DNA of 64,000 bases, from the NCBI RefSeq assembly GCF_009914755.1, contig NC_060930.1; one strand, written 5' to 3'. Source of the stretch: the human T2T-CHM13v2.0 reference genome, Homo sapiens. A model generated the notes under the pieces. The model did no database searches. It was not told the DNA's origin and worked only from the letters and a program-made list of their open reading frames with translations. The number at the start of each line of letters is the position of its first letter. The first letter of the stretch is position 1. A program made the translations under genes and the position numbers. Below, one piece after another: positions 40,357 to 59,269 of this stretch.

Positions 40357-41119
40357 ACAAGTATATGTGTATATTATTTTCCCAACCTTTATCCCATAAA
40401 TGATAGCACACTTTGCTCACTATTTTCTGTCTTGGTCTTAATCACCATAAAATGTGATGCTGGCGATCACACCATAGTAATATGTAGAAATAGGCCTTTT
40501 CCTTTTTACACCTGTATAGTATTCAACTATTTGGATTTACCAACGTTTCTGCAATTAGTCCCCATTTGGATTGTTTCCAGCCTTTCGCTATTAAATAATG
40601 CAGCAATGGATAGACTTTGAATTTTCATATTTTGTTACTGTATCTTTGGGACACATTTTAGAGTGGAAACACTGGGTTAAAAGGCAAATGCCTATGTAAT
40701 TTTGCTAGCTCTTGCCAAATTTTTCTCCACAGGAATTGTACTATTTTTCTTCCCCACCAGCAATTTATGAGAAAGTTTGTTTCTCCACAGTATGTGTTTC
40801 AGAATGCATTGGACATTTTCCCATCTGGTGGGTAAGATGTGATTATCTCAGTGAAGCTTTGATTTGCATTTCTCTTTCTGTAGGCGCACATATTTCTACA
40901 AGTGAACTCAGCCAGCATTGTCTGAATCAATGCCTTCCAATCTTTTCTCCAGCTAATTCAGATTCTGTTACTGACACTAGCAATCAAGATATCCTAAACA
41001 CACACTAGAGACCTCAATGAGTTTTCTAGTTTATATTTCTCTTATTATGAGCAAGGTGTTAAGGTTTGTTCCTATGGTAAAGAGTCACCTGTGTTTCTTC
41101 CATTATGATACCTCACTTG

Positions 41120-41540
41120 AGTCTGTCCATCACATGCAAAAACACATTCTCACCTCAGGGCCTTTGCGCTTGGCCATCCCTCTGTCTAGAACACTATTCC
41201 CATCATTGTGGCAGGGTTCATCTTTCCACAGCATTCATGTCTCTGCTTAAATGTCCCTCCTCAAAAGGCCTGTCTTAATCAGCCTATCTAGGTAGCACTC
41301 CTTTCACTATCTCCTTAGCCTGCATTATTTTTCTTCCAAGCACTGACCACTAATGGACACTGTATATTTATCTGCATAGTTGTTATCTCCCTCCCTCCAT
41401 GGAAAGCCAGCTCCTTGAGAAGCGGGCTCCTCTACCTTGCCCACAGCTATATCTCCAAGTGCCCCCAAACAACAAGGCCTGCCATGCAGTGAGAGCTCAG
41501 TGAGTGTGTTGGATGAATGAATACATGAATGAATGAATGG
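41120..41540 (+). mobile_element. L2 3' end
   Basis: CACCTCAGGGCCTTTGC...(GAAT)n tail. Confidence 0.8.
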
Positions 41541-44500
41541 AATTCTTTTGCTTGGAAAGCCAGCAGAGAACAGGTACTGTCACACAGACAAGAAATAAAT
41601 CTACAACCTAGGTCCCTATAAAGGAGAGTGAACCTGAGAAGGGAGGCTGAGGTAAATGAAGATGACTCAGGTCACTGGACAATAGGGATGGTGGGGTGGG
41701 GGCAGGAGAGGTCCATGAGAAGTCATAGGGACAATGAAAACAGGAAGAGGGGCACAAAATGCAATCCACATTCTCCGCATTGTGTAGAAGGTCCATGCTA
41801 AGTGGCAGCTGCAGTGCCCTCAGGCAGACTCAGGGACAGTGCTCATTCCACCACTGCCCAGTTAGCACCTTACTGCTGCTGAGGCCCCACAGATACCTTA
41901 CAGCTAATCACTGAGTGGCACTCCTAAGAAGCCACTGTCATTTCTTCTTTGCCGTACCTTCCTCCCCGGGTCCAAGAGTTTTATCCCTGCCTTAATTCGT
42001 TCTTTAGGAAGACATATTTTCCCCTTTCCATCCTCAATATCAGAACCAAGTGCATTCATCTGGGCAGTACCATGTTTAAGAAGCTGACACACTCGAAAAA
42101 TTACAGGGATGAAAATAAAGAGGGTGTTTGCTCAGCATCCCTGTCTTCTGGGCATTGCATTCTCTGGAAACTTCTCCTTCTCCTCCCATATTGGATGTGT
42201 CTGAAGGAGGCCCTTAGCTGGCTGGTCAGACTTCTCATGAGGATTTTCCAAACCTAAACTGGGTCAAAAGCACCAGTCCCCTGTGATGTCAGAAGCTTGG
42301 GACTGTTGCTGCTGTGTTTTTCTCTTGTGCCTTTGAATTAAGTCAAATTAGAAACAGAAAGAAAAAGAGGAGAAAGGACGTCAAATTCTGGAAGCATCGG
42401 AGTCCTCATTTTCAGTCACTTTGGAGGCCCAGTGATGCCCTGTCCTGCCATGAGTCTCATTATTCAACTCTTCCTTTGGTTATTTTAATATGCTAGCATT
42501 ATCCCAACCAATGCCTCTCTTTTTCCTCAACCCAATTCAGGTATTGTTTCTGTCACTAACAACTAAAAAAGTCCTGTTCAATACACACACAAGGACAAAC
42601 CTAGATTAAATAACAAAGGACAATAAAGTGGGAGTCAATCATTGGGAACTAGATATTCACGTTTTCAAATGATTCCATGGAAAGGACGCTCCTCCTTCTC
42701 CCAAGCAGTCTTGAGATGAGGGGGCAGGCATCGTCCTAAACCTTCCTCTTGAGGTCCCAACAGGAGTCTCAGCATGGATTTCTACAAAGACAACCTTGGT
42801 AGGGATCTTTTTATCTCCACTCCCTTTATCTTACTAATCTCCCTTTCAGGATATAGTGCTATCTATCTAGTTTTTGGGCCACCTGCTTAGAAAATCTGCA
42901 TTTTGGTGTGATACCTACCTCTGTTTAGAATGTCATATTTATTAACTTATGTTATCTCAGTTGAAATTTGGAATTTATCATCCTATCATACTATCATTTC
43001 CTTAGGGCTAACTTTGTGAAGGAACTCTGTAAACATTCATAGGAGTTAATGTATTTAAACTTCACCATAGGCCCCATTTAGAGATGATGTAATTTGCCCA
43101 AGGACAACTAGCTGGACAGTGGGTGAGCTAAATTATATCCAAATGCCTTGTCTTCAAAGTGTGAACTCTTAACTTCTCAACATTTCTGCTATACAAACTT
43201 GTACATTCTAGAGGAGGGATGATGAACACATCTGCACTTTGGAAAGAATTACAGTGGTGATGTGAAGACACAGTTGGAAAGCAGCAAAAGTAGGAGGGAA
43301 AGAAATTGGCATCTCGAAGTAACTTTAGAAGAACAGAAATCAACTTGGCTGAATTTCTTGGTTGAAATCTGTAAGTAGCAATGAGCACTGCTGGAGACAT
43401 TGTAGAATTATAAGAGAACTCAGTGACTAGACTAGATGGGGTGGTTTTCAGAGACAGCAAGGCAGGTGCTAAAGGGTCAAGGTTTCAAAGTCTTATCTCT
43501 AAGGGGAAGATGGTGCCAAGGACAAGGGAAAGTTCCTTAAAGATATGAAAGGTCTCACCCACTGAAAAAGATCAAGAAAGGCTTCAGGGAAAAAGAAGGG
43601 CATGTGATGTGGATGCTGGATAGAGCTAAGGTGAATCGAAGCCTTGTAGGCAAGGATAGGGATGTGTTTAAAGACCAGTGAACAGCTTATTTAATTGGAA
43701 TGGAAAGCCTGAGCAGGGCATGATGGGTTACAATAAGATTGGAAAGGAGGGTCATGGCCGCATAGCTGAGGACTTTGAGTGCCAGGGTTAAGAGTGGGCA
43801 TATTGCATCCAGTAAGGTATGTGAATCTATCAAAAGTTCTTGAAAAGAGTGGTGCAAGAGGTTAAATTGAAGTGGGGAAGGATTGTAAATGTTGGTGACT
43901 CCAAAACTCTTGCCAGAGGCAATAGGGGTTGGATTACGGAGATGCAGTAGTAATATAAGAAAGGAAATGAATGTGGGAAACACCACGGAGATAAAGTGTT
44001 TAGAGTTTAACAATTAATTGGCTGTCAAGGTAATGATCTGGGGATGGGGAATAAAGTGAGGAGAAAAACATATTGGAAGTACCAAAAAAAAAAAAAAAAA
44101 AAGCACAGGGAGAAGTGTTCAAAGGAGATTCTAAGGGTTTCAGTCTGGGTAGATCATGGTAACTGTAACTGAAATAGCTTAGTTATACAGATGACAAGAG
44201 TACATTTGTGACATACATACATGACAATGAGACACACATACACATTTGCTCATTTCAATCTGTAGCTAATATCATTTATCTCCATGTTAAAAAAAAAGCA
44301 AAAAAAATTAAAAAAAGAAGGGGAAGGATAAAAAATGAGATTATTTCTTACAATGGTAAGAGATACTCGTTTTTATTGGCACTAATTAAGGAAGAATATT
44401 ATTGCAGTACTGTTATAGTTCTGAGTAGTCAAAACTCTAGGAGCAGATTCCTTTTCACTGCTTTTCTTCTTGTGCTAAAACCTACAGCATGAGAAAAGCA

Positions 44501-45805
44501 ACACAGAAATCTGTGAATTGTGGTCCTTCTATGCAGCTATTTTTAATCTTTCAAAAATGCCTAGACTTTAGTTTGAGGTGTAAACATGTGAAAGTATTTG
44601 ATGAGCCTTACTCTTTATTTGCATTTAAAGGATTTTAAAGTGCAAAAAGACTTCTAGAAAAGCAAACGTACCATATTTGGACCTGAACATCTAATCTTCT
44701 CACCAAACCTGATCCTCTTTCTGTATTTCCTGTTTTAACTGTGACACCACCTTCCACCCCACTCACCTTTCATCGTAACTTTAGTCATCTTTGAATTCTT
44801 CCATTGGCAATCCATAGCTTGATTTTGGTTCAGGGCTGGTTAAGCCAGAGGCCCAGTGAAGTTATCGCAAGGTGCTGTCTCTCTAGCTCCGTCTTCTGAA
44901 GGTCAGTGTCATTCTAAAGCTGATTCCCAGGACAGCTGCCAGTAGTGCCCTCTGCCTTTATTTTATTCCACAACAGGGACACTTGGGTCACCTGTTCACC
45001 TCTGAACATGACTGTGGCTGGGCTAGGGAATGTGCTGATTTAACATTCTGGTGAAAAAGCCAATTTAGACTCACCCCTAGAGTGAGGAGTGGTATCAGTT
45101 TTCCCTGAAGTGTGGGCTGCATGGGAATGGAAGGATACGCAAGTAAAAATCTAGATTAGGAGTAGAGGGATGCTGGGCAGCACCCACCAGTGTCACCACT
45201 GCTCCAATTCCTATACCTGACAGAGCACTTGGATGCAAATGATAGGAAATATCTTTGGCTAAGTAGCAAAACAGTAACATATAGGGGATGAGCAGGTGGC
45301 TCTTACAGAGTTAACAAGAATCTTGAGAAACAGCTTCAGAAACTAGGTAGAAACCAAGAAGGTCTAAGATGCAGAAGACCACAGCCAAAATGATACAGAA
45401 ACCAGTGTAGCTAGGATACCACCACTGGAACCCTCCCAATGCTGTCCTCATCACTGCTCCTGTGCTGCTATAAGTGATCACTAACTGTCCCTGTGACATT
45501 GTGTCACACCCTCTAGAGTCAAAAGTTCGGGTGTGGTGTCTCATTGGTCAAGCCCGAGTCACACACCCCAACCCCAACTGCCAGGAAGCCTGGCTAGGGT
45601 AATCTTAATCTTCATGGCCTCTTTGTGGCATGTAACAACCCCACCATAGGCAATGGGGAGTGAATTTCCCCAGTATAGAAAGTGCATTAGAATGCTGAGC
45701 AACTCAAAAATAACAAAAGTCTGTTATCAGCCTCCGACTCACTCTGTTTCCCTGCTGATCCCACCTTCTTATTCAGTACCACCAGATATGGCTTTGTGTG
45801 AACTA

Positions 45806-46188
<383 letters not shown>

Positions 46189-47439
46189 ATTAAAGGGGGT
46201 TTCTTCATATGATGATATCAACCCACTATCAGTCCATCCATCCATCACCCACCCATCCAATGACTACTTATTGAATATACTATGTTCCCAGTATCAACCT
46301 AGGCACAGGCCATAGAAAGATGACAAGTCACTATTCTTTTAAAGAGGTCTTGGTAGAAAGAAATGAAAAATTATAATATGATGTGGTATTATGTAATATA
46401 CTATAAATTATATTGTCATAAATGATATGAATACAAAATACAGTAGGAGCATAGGAGAAGCATTTAAGTTTGGTGCAGGAAGGAGAGTTAGAGAAGATTT
46501 CTCTAAGGAAGCCACATTTCGCTGGATTTTGAGAGGTAAGTGGTTTTTTAGTTTTCTAAATGGGCAGCCAAGCAGAGAGTGACTTTTATATATAAACGGG
46601 GGCATAGAATGAGGTGTCAAAGTGTGAGAAACTATGAGTAGCCCAATATTGTTGGGCTGCCCAAAGTGGAGTTAGGGATCAGGGGTGGGAAGCTATGGGG
46701 AAGCAGCTAGACTATTAAACAGTGGCTTGACATGAACAGCTTTGTGAGTTTTGGGTAGGATTTTAAATTTTCTTCCTAATAGAAGAGAGAACCAGTAAAA
46801 GCTATGACAATAGCTTCTTGACCATCCCTGCATTCAATTTCACCCCTTTTAAATCCATTCTGCAAATAATATGTGGCCGAGGGATCTTTGTACTAAGTAA
46901 ATATTATCATATTATTGTCCGTGAAAATAGAATGCAAAGTTGGAACCAGGGCCTGTATATATACAAAGGAGGGAAATGTTAGAATCCAATAGGAAAATAG
47001 GTTTCTGAGACTACACTGGGAATTTATTGGGCTACCTTAGTGGAAAGCCATTCTCCTCCACTAAAATAATGTATATTACTTTCACATACATAATGTACAT
47101 GAATCCATTACAGCTGCTGCCCCACTAGATGGTATAAATAATTTATTTATCCTTGTATCCTCAGCCCTTAGCACATTGCCTGCCATAAAGCAACTAATCA
47201 AGATAATGTCTGATAAATGAATGAAATAATGCATGAGTGAATGATAAGATAAGCTAATCACATCTTTGCTTCCTTTCATGGACAGATTATTTCTGAGATC
47301 TTCTACCCTAGTTGCAGCTCCACTTGCTACTACTACTACCAAGACAGTCTTTGGTGCTTGCCATAAAGTCTCCTACTCCACTATCCAACTCCTTAATTCC
47401 TCAAGCTTTGAGAATTTTAGAGATTTATACTGGAATTTA

Positions 47440-47900
47440 GGGACTTAGCCATGAAGTCTTAGATGTATTTATGCATATAAAGAGAGATAACTGAAAATCC
47501 ACCCAAGGTTTGTGCTCCCCCTGTATAGTACAGAGTTGTTTCTGAAAAGTTGTTTCCCAATCAGGGCCCAGCTCTGGTGTGATCACGTGACTGAGTTCTG
47601 GCCAATGGAGTGGGAGCAGAAAACAATTCATGCTACTTTCAGCCATAAGAACTTCCTTTAGAACCTTCATTTCTCCTCTTCAAGCTGACCTTGGGAGCGA
47701 AGTGTTGAAGATGGCAGAGCCTCTATCATTCTAGATCTTTGAAGGACTCCATGGAGCACACTCCTATTTCCTTCAACCCCCTCTTCTATCACATTGTGAT
47801 GGGGTATTACAGGAGTGGGAAATAAGTCTCTCTTCTGGTAAGCCCTTGAAATTTTAGAGTGTATCTGGTAAAATAGAAATCATTACCTTAACTAATACAG
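47440..47900 (+). mobile_element. MaLR LTR (MLT1)
   Basis: CACGTGACTGAGTTCTGGCCAATGG...TTACCTTAACTAATACA end. Confidence 0.7.
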
Positions 47901-48444
47901 CAGATGTATGTACATGTGTGTGTGTTGAAGTGTATTGCTGTAAATGCAAAATCTAATTTTATACAGAATCAAAAGCCAAATGGGGATAGAAACAGAAGCA
48001 AGAGGATTTAATCCTTGAATGAATCCTTGAAGGAAAACTTTTCTTTTAAAGTTAATTTGAATGTCTTAAATTAGCAAATTAGCAGGTAGCCATATCATTA
48101 TTTGATGGATAGCATGTGTCAAGACAGAGACCAAGGGAGAAAACTGAGCTTAAGAAATGAGCATGAAAGCAAAACTGGTAAAATGAATAAGGTCAGAAAA
48201 AATTTTCTAGTAAAGTTACTAGTTTTAAAAAATCTTAATTAGTAATAGACATTTATCATTGATAAAATTTCAAATAAGTAAGAAATAATTGGAAATACAT
48301 TATGATTATATCTCTGAATCTTGTCAAGCTGCAGGCTGCCAATGCCCTGTACTTTAAAAAGATTATACCTGCATAAAAATGGCAGGCAGAGCCATCAAAT
48401 GACTTGCTCTGTATTTCTAAGCACTTGAAGGTCATCCTTAAAAG

Positions 48445-48648
48445 CAGGGGGGTCAAATCTTTTGGCTTCCCTGGGCCACATTTGAAGAAGAAGAATTGTC
48501 TTGGGCCACACATAAAATACACTAGCACTAATGATAGCTGATGAACTAAAAGAAAAAAAATCATAAAAAAATCATGTTTTAAGAAAGTTTACGAATTTGT
48601 GTTGGGCCAAATTCAAAGCTGTCCTGGGCCATAGGTTGGACAAGCTTG
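48445..48648 (+). mobile_element. MER30 hAT-Charlie element with perfect 8-bp TSD
   Basis: AATCTTTTGGCTTCCCTGGGCCACA...GGTTGGACAAGCTTG. TSD CTTAAAAG at 48437-48444 and 48649-48656. Confidence 0.9.
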
Positions 48649-48665
48649 CTTAAAAGAAAGGCACT

Positions 48666-49009
<344 letters not shown>

Positions 49010-49556
49010 TCAGGTAAGGGTTGTGGTAAATTGAAAAGCTAGGACAGAGGAAGGTAAGGAAGGAAATGTAAGAAGCCACAGGGAAATGCACAAGAAGGCT
49101 GTTTCTGTTATAAAATGGCAGGTTGATTATACATATTCACAACTGCTTAGATTGGGATTTGGGTTGGGGTGCCTTTTGGTTATGGAGGGCACCTTTGGAA
49201 ATTCTGGAGCTTTGAGAAATCACATTCCTCTTTGACTGAGATATGTCTTTTGAGTGCAGTGTTAGAGTGTCAAGAGTAGAGAAACAAGAACCTGGCTATG
49301 AAAGACTGGCTCTAGGCTCAAGGAAAAGGGACAAAGACTTTTAGGTTACTTTCTAAGTCAACCAGCCCTGGAATAGGAATAAGTAAGGAAAAAGAGTATC
49401 AGGGCAAATGCTCTATTAAAGAATAGTTATTGTGCATTTGGCTGGAGTTTTCTTTGTGCTGTGTCTCTGAGACATCTGGTATAGAAGGTGAAGTGGAGAA
49501 AGATGTAGAATGCCAGTGGTGGAAACATAAATCACCTTATCAAGAAGGAAGTTTTA

Positions 49557-52195
<2,639 letters not shown>

Positions 52196-52979
52196 AAAGA
52201 AAGAATAAGCCAGAAGAACACGACCTACATATAGAACATAGCTTTTCTTTCAAACCCAGAGATCTGATGAAAGGAAAGCCTAAATGAACCAAATTCCATA
52301 AAGTGGTAAGCCCTTCCCATGGGAGCAAAAGTACATGTTTGCTTTCATCCTTGGTGTAGTTGTGGGAGAAAGAATTTGCCATAGAGAGGCATAAGGAGAA
52401 ACCAGATGAACTCACAGAAAACTTTTATGGTTTGATGTGGGCTAGAATAATGGATCAGAATCCCAAAGAGTCACAGCCAAAGAGTAAGTCTGTAAAACTA
52501 ATACTTTATCTAGACTAGATTTAAAATAGGGAAAAAGAGGTCTGTGGGACAATATAAAGTATTCTAAATATGTATAATTAGAGTCTTAAAAGCAGAAGAG
52601 AGAGAGAGAATGATGCAGAGACATTTGAAGAAATAATAGCCAAGATTTTCCTCAAATCGATTAAAGATATTAATGCATAAATCCAGAAAACTCATCAAAC
52701 TTCATGATAACCACACCTAGATGTGTCATAAACTCCTAAAATTCTAAATTAAACAGAAAATATCAAGCAGGAAGAAGAAAAAGACATTATATACAGGAGA
52801 ACAACAACAGGAATTACTATTGACTTCTTATGGGAAACAATGGTGGCCAGAATACAAGGGAACAACATATTTTTAAGTCAAGGAAAAAAAGATAAACTAT
52901 CAACTATATTTCTATATTCAGCAAAAGATGACCTTCAAACATGAAGGTAAACCCTTATGTATTTCACGTGAGAATGTAA

Positions 52980-53307
<328 letters not shown>

Positions 53308-55190
53308 AGGAAAACAATTTGATAGTATCTTTAAAAGTTAAATATAAATTTAACATATGACCCAGGAATTCCACTATTAGGTATCTACCGAAGAAAAAAC
53401 AAAGACATATGTTGATACAAAAGCTTGTTTTTAAATGTTTATAGCAGCATTATTATAATGGCCAAAAAATGAAAATAATATGAATGCTCTCCAACTGGTG
53501 AGCAGATAATCAAAATGCAGTTTATTCATCAATTAAAAGGAATAAACTACTGACATGCTACAACAAGAATGAACCTCAAGAATATTATGCTAAATTAAAA
53601 GAAGCAAGGCACCACATATTACATTATTCCATTCATATGAAATGTCCATAAAAGTAAAATAATGGTTGCCTGGAACTGGGAGTGAAAAAGAGAAAGAACT
53701 GCCTGCAAAAGGGCATGAGGAGTTTTTCTGGAAGATAGAACTATTCTAAAACTATTGTGATGATGGTTGTATAATTCTGTAAATTTGCTAGTAATCATTG
53801 AGTTATACACATAAAATGTGCGGATTTTATGATAGTTAATTTATGCCTCAATAAATTTATTAAACAATGTCAAGACAAAATGAAAATCATTTTCAACAGA
53901 AAAAAGAAAAACAGGCTCAGAGTATTTACCTACTGCACATCTGACCCTCTAGAAATGATTTTTTTCACAAAAAGTATTCTTTACTGAAGAGAATAATACC
54001 CAATGGGCACCAAGATTGGTAAGGAAGGGAAGAAGAGGACTGGAAGGCATAAATTTGTGGGTAAATAGACAAGACCTTCTTATTATATTTATTTTAAAAA
54101 TTATTAAAAATACTATTGATTATTAAAAGCAAAAAAATAATGAATTATGAAGTTTACAGCATATGTAGAAATAAAATATATGACAAAACACAAATATTGA
54201 GGGGAGGTGGTTTGAATGGAATTATACTGTTGTGACATTCTTCCTTTGTGAAGTAATGTAATATTAGTTTAAGGCATACTATAATATGTTAAAGATGTGT
54301 ACTGTAGTCTCTAGACTAGAGCAACCATTAAAAAATAACAAAAGGAGGGCTAGATGAAAAGTTCACAAGAGGGATCAAATGGAATACTAAAAAAAATGTG
54401 TTTACCCAAGAGAAGGCAGAAAAGGAACAACAAAGGAATATAGGCCAGATAGAACCAATAGAAAACAAATGCCAAGATGACAGACTTAAACTCAATCACA
54501 TTAATAATTATTTAAATGTAAATGAATTATAAACATTTTAATTAAAAGGTGGAAATGAACAGACTAGATTAAAATAAAAAATCTCCCTTTTTCTCTCTTT
54601 ATGTATATGCAAAACTATAATACTTTATAAATACATGTGATATCTATTTAAATATACATAAACATATATTTTAAATCTAAAGACACAGACTGGTTGAAAG
54701 TAAAAATTAGAAAAATATAAACCTTACAAATAGTAAGCATAAGAAACAGTAGGTCTACATTATCAAAGTAGACTTCGAGACAAAAAGAATTATTAGAAAT
54801 TAGGATGTAGATATTTTATAATTTTCATATCAAGAAAATGTAACAAACCTAGAAGTGAATGCACTTAATAACGAGTATTCAAAATACATGAAACAGAATT
54901 TGACAGAACTAAAGAGAAAAGTACAGATCTACAATCACTGTTGGATATTTTAACACCTTTCTCAGAAATTGATAGAAAAAAAATAAAAATCAGAAAAGAT
55001 GCAGATTTGAACAACTCCGAAAACAAACTTGACCTAATTGATAATTATAGAACACGGTATCCAACAACTGCAGAACATACATTCTTTTCAGATGTACACA
55101 GGTGTATACAGAACATTTGCCATGGTAGACCACATGTTGGACTATAAAACAAGTCTCAGAAGATTGAAAAGGATCAAAAATAATGTAAAT

Positions 55191-55692
55191 AAGCAGTTCT
55201 CGTCATATAATACAGGGAACACATGGGGGTTCCTGAAACCCTTTTAGGAAGTCCACAAGGTCAAAACTATTTTCAAAATAATGAGACATTATTTGCCTTT
55301 TTTACTCCCATTTTCTCATAGGTGTACAGTGGAATTGTCTACAGGCTGGATAACATGTGATGTCACAACAGATTTAATGAAGAAACAAATATAAAAATCA
55401 AGTTGTTTCCAAATTGAGCCAGACCTTAAAGACAAGTTGTGAAATCTGTGAAAATACAAATCAATGTTACTTTTTTCACTATTTTTTGTTCTGGAAAATA
55501 TAGTTGTCTTTCATAATAATGTTATTTGTGTTAACATGCTCTTTTAAAGTAAATGAACAAATATTTATTTTAAAAACCTCTCAGTTGTAAATCCTAATAT
55601 GGTAAATATAAATATAAACAAAAGCTCTTTGGAGTCTTCAATAATTTTTACTTGTGTAAAGATGGTAAGACCAAAAATTTGAATAACTGCTG
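55191..55692 (+). mobile_element. Charlie1-like hAT deletion derivative
   Basis: AGCAGTTCTC...AGGTCAAAACTATTTTC...TTTGAATAACTGCTG inverted termini. Confidence 0.7.
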
Positions 55693-56489
55693 ATACAGAA
55701 TATGCTTTCTGATCACAAAGGAATTAAATTAGAAATCAATTTGAAAATAAAAATATATTCCTCTGAATAACCCTTTGGTCAAAGAAGAAATCTAAAAGGA
55801 AATTTTAAAAATATCTTAAATCAAATTATAATGAAACAATATATCAAAATCTATGGCATACAGGTAAAGCAGTGCTCAGAGGGAAATTTATAGCTTCAAA
55901 TCTCTATAGTGAAAAGGAAAAGAATGTAAAATCAATGAATTATGCAACAATTTTATAGACTCAGGAAACAAAGAAAGAAGGAGCACTTCCCAACTCATTT
56001 TATAAGGGCAGCATAATCCTGATGCCAAAATTTGATAAAAACATGCATCATCTTTTACTGGTAATATTATGCTTGGAAATCTCTTCAAATAAATCAATAT
56101 CAGTATAAATATTTATGTGCAAGAATGATAATAGCAAAAATGCTAATAAAATATATGTCTAACCATTAGGAAATAACTAAATTATGAGAAATCTATGGGA
56201 TGAGATATTATGCAACCATTAAAAGTAGGTTCTTAAAGGAATTAGTGTCATGGGAAAAGATACAAAGTTTAGTAAAATATTTATATAGTCAGATCCTGTT
56301 ATATGTAACACACATACATATAAAAAGCCTGAAAAAATGCATCAAAATATTAATAGTACTTAACTCTGGATTGAAGCAATTACCAATAATTTCGGTTTTC
56401 TTCTTTTCTTTTGTATTTTCTAAATCATCTGCAATATAATTTTGTCCCTATAATAACAGTAGGGAGAAAAATCTAACCAGTTTTTAAAT

Positions 56490-56813
<324 letters not shown>

Positions 56814-58945
56814 AACCAACCAGTTGTTTAGAGAAAAATTTGGATAATGCAACACCACAGTTTATACAATGATATTTCTCTGGAGAAGCTTTCAAATTAA
56901 TCAGTCCTATGCCTGCATTTTATAGATAGGGAAATGGAGCTCTCCCTCCTGGGTGGACACATGTAATGTACATCAGGTCATGCATCAAGTTAGTGATAAA
57001 ATGAAGTCTAGAACCTAGATCTTCCTCCTCCCAATACCATGCCCTTTACATTAGGACACAATGTGTAGAAAATGGCATTGGTGTTAGGTATAGGAAAATT
57101 CTTCAGATTTAATAACTACTCTCAGGGTTACACCTTACATTCAAGGGAAAAGTATTTAAAGGTATACTTAAAAATATAATCTTAATTTCAACCAAAATGT
57201 AAAAAGTATCTTATATGTATTTTATAAGGAGATAACATTTTTCCTATCTTAGCTTTAATAATAGTTACCTTGTTTTTTAAAATATTCCAATTCACTAAAA
57301 TCTCAAAACAACCCACTACAAGTAGAATTATCAACTACATAAAAATGTTTAATGATCTATCAAAGATTTCTGCCAAAACAGAAACAAAAACAAAAACAAA
57401 CAAACAAAAAACAGTCATTGTTCAAAGTGCTCAGGTTTCACCCAGGGGAAAGTTCAGCTTAAAGATTATTTTCACATCCGGTATTTGGGTTGACTCACTA
57501 AGAGATATCTGTTTAACAGAAACTTTTTCAGAGAGAACAAAAGCCATTTTTCTTTCTTGGCATAGTAATGAGTAAATCAAGCCTGTGTGAGAATAAATAA
57601 GTAAGACCTTTTATTGTTCAAAGTCTGGGGAGGACAGCGTGGCCGAGTACAGGACCTGAGCAGAATACTACATTGTGATTTAAATGGAAGCAGCCATCAT
57701 TTCAATCATAAAGACTAGATTTCCATCGATGGCATATCTAGTAACCCAATTGAAATCATGTTTGTGTCTCTTTTTATGTTAAGGAAATTAAATAACCATT
57801 TTGTGGTGTGTCTAAGGTGAGTGAACTCAGATTCAATAGGCAATGAGAGGTTGCTTTTTAATTCTGCAAGTATTTAATAAACAAGAAAAATATCCACATT
57901 CAAGGGCAGTATTAGCATGTCAGATCACAACCTCTGTGATTTAATTATACATGTCCTCTGTTCTTAAAGAGTTGTAAAGGGAAATAAGAATCCTAGACAA
58001 CAGCCAGCCTTCCGTCTGTGGTACTGAAAACATCTACAGAGCAATGGACTCTAGAACCCCTTTCTCTTCCAAGCACATTTTGAGGAGCATCTCTACCTCA
58101 CTGCTGACTCTAGGGCCCCACTCCCTGCCCAATCTTCCCATTCCCCAAGAGCTTCCTCCCCTTCCATTAGACCTTGGTGCTGGAGCCCTGATCATTCTGT
58201 CTATGGGAATCAGGGTTCAGGCTCAGGCTCCAATTTTGTTCCCACTGCTTGGTGAACTTTGTGAGTTGGTAAAAGTCATTTACTATATCTGGGTTCTAAT
58301 TTCCTCCACTATTAGATGAAAGGATTGTGTCAGGAAAGAATGGTACCTCGGCATGTTATATTGAGAAAGATTCTAAGGCCATTTCCAGACCTCTCAGGGA
58401 AGGACAATCAGCAACGTCTGCCAGTGGCATGGAGGGGAGTGATGACAATGCACCTTGCAAGTTTGAAATGCATATTAAATGATGCCTCCGTAAGACATAT
58501 TCCCCCAATTATTCCCCCTCTGCTTTTTCCATTACTGCAGATAATAGAGGACTCTTTATCCCATATCCCCAAATTGTCTGCCACCTAACATTAAGTATAT
58601 CGATACTACATCTACATTACAAAGGCAAACATGAAGAACCCTATTTCATAATAGGACAGTTGAGTCAGAAAGTGAGCCATTTTTCCAAAACCATACAGCA
58701 AATTCAGAACAAATATTAAAATTTACGGACATTTACTTACTAATAAACATCTTATGCATTATAACTTACTTGTTTCACAGCTTTTATTGTGCATTTACTA
58801 GGTGTAAAGTACTATGAGTCACTAATAAGAGAAGGAAAAGATAAGAGGAAACCAGAATATCTAAGAATTCTGGGTCCTGAAGCAATTTTAAATCTAGAGG
58901 AGAGAAAGACATTCACAGATAACACAAGTAAAGAAACATCTGTCT

Positions 58946-59228
58946 CAGAAAACCACCGCATGTTCTCACTCTTAAGTGGGAGGTGAACAATGAGAACACA
59001 TGGACACAGAGAGGGGAACAACACACACAATGGCCTGTTGCAGGAGTTGGGAGGGGCAAAGGGAGGGACAGTATTAGGAAAAATCGCTAATGCATTCAGG
59101 GTTTGAAACCTAAATGACAGGTTGATAGGTGCAGCAAACCACCATTCCACACGTATTTCTATGTAACAAACCTGCATGTTCTGCACATGTATCCCAGAAC
59201 TTAAAGTAAAATTAGAAAAAAAAAAAAA
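58946..59228 (+). mobile_element. L1PA (about PA7-8) 3' UTR stub
   Basis: CACCGCATGTTCTCACTC...CCCAGAACTTAAAGTAAAATT plus A tail. Confidence 0.88.
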
Positions 59229-59269
59229 TCTGCCCTCAGGGAAAGGCAGAACTGTTCTACTCCGGAGTC

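Larger units (their letters stand above)
37180..41110 (-). mobile_element. Ancient L1M (L1MC-like) interrupted by MER5A (about 37310-37500), an Alu monomer (38328-38439) and L1PA (39445-40356)
   Basis: AAGATGTTCCAGACTCATCTTG...TTTCTCCAAGGAACCCCAGTTCC L1MC 3' motifs with nested elements. Confidence 0.65.
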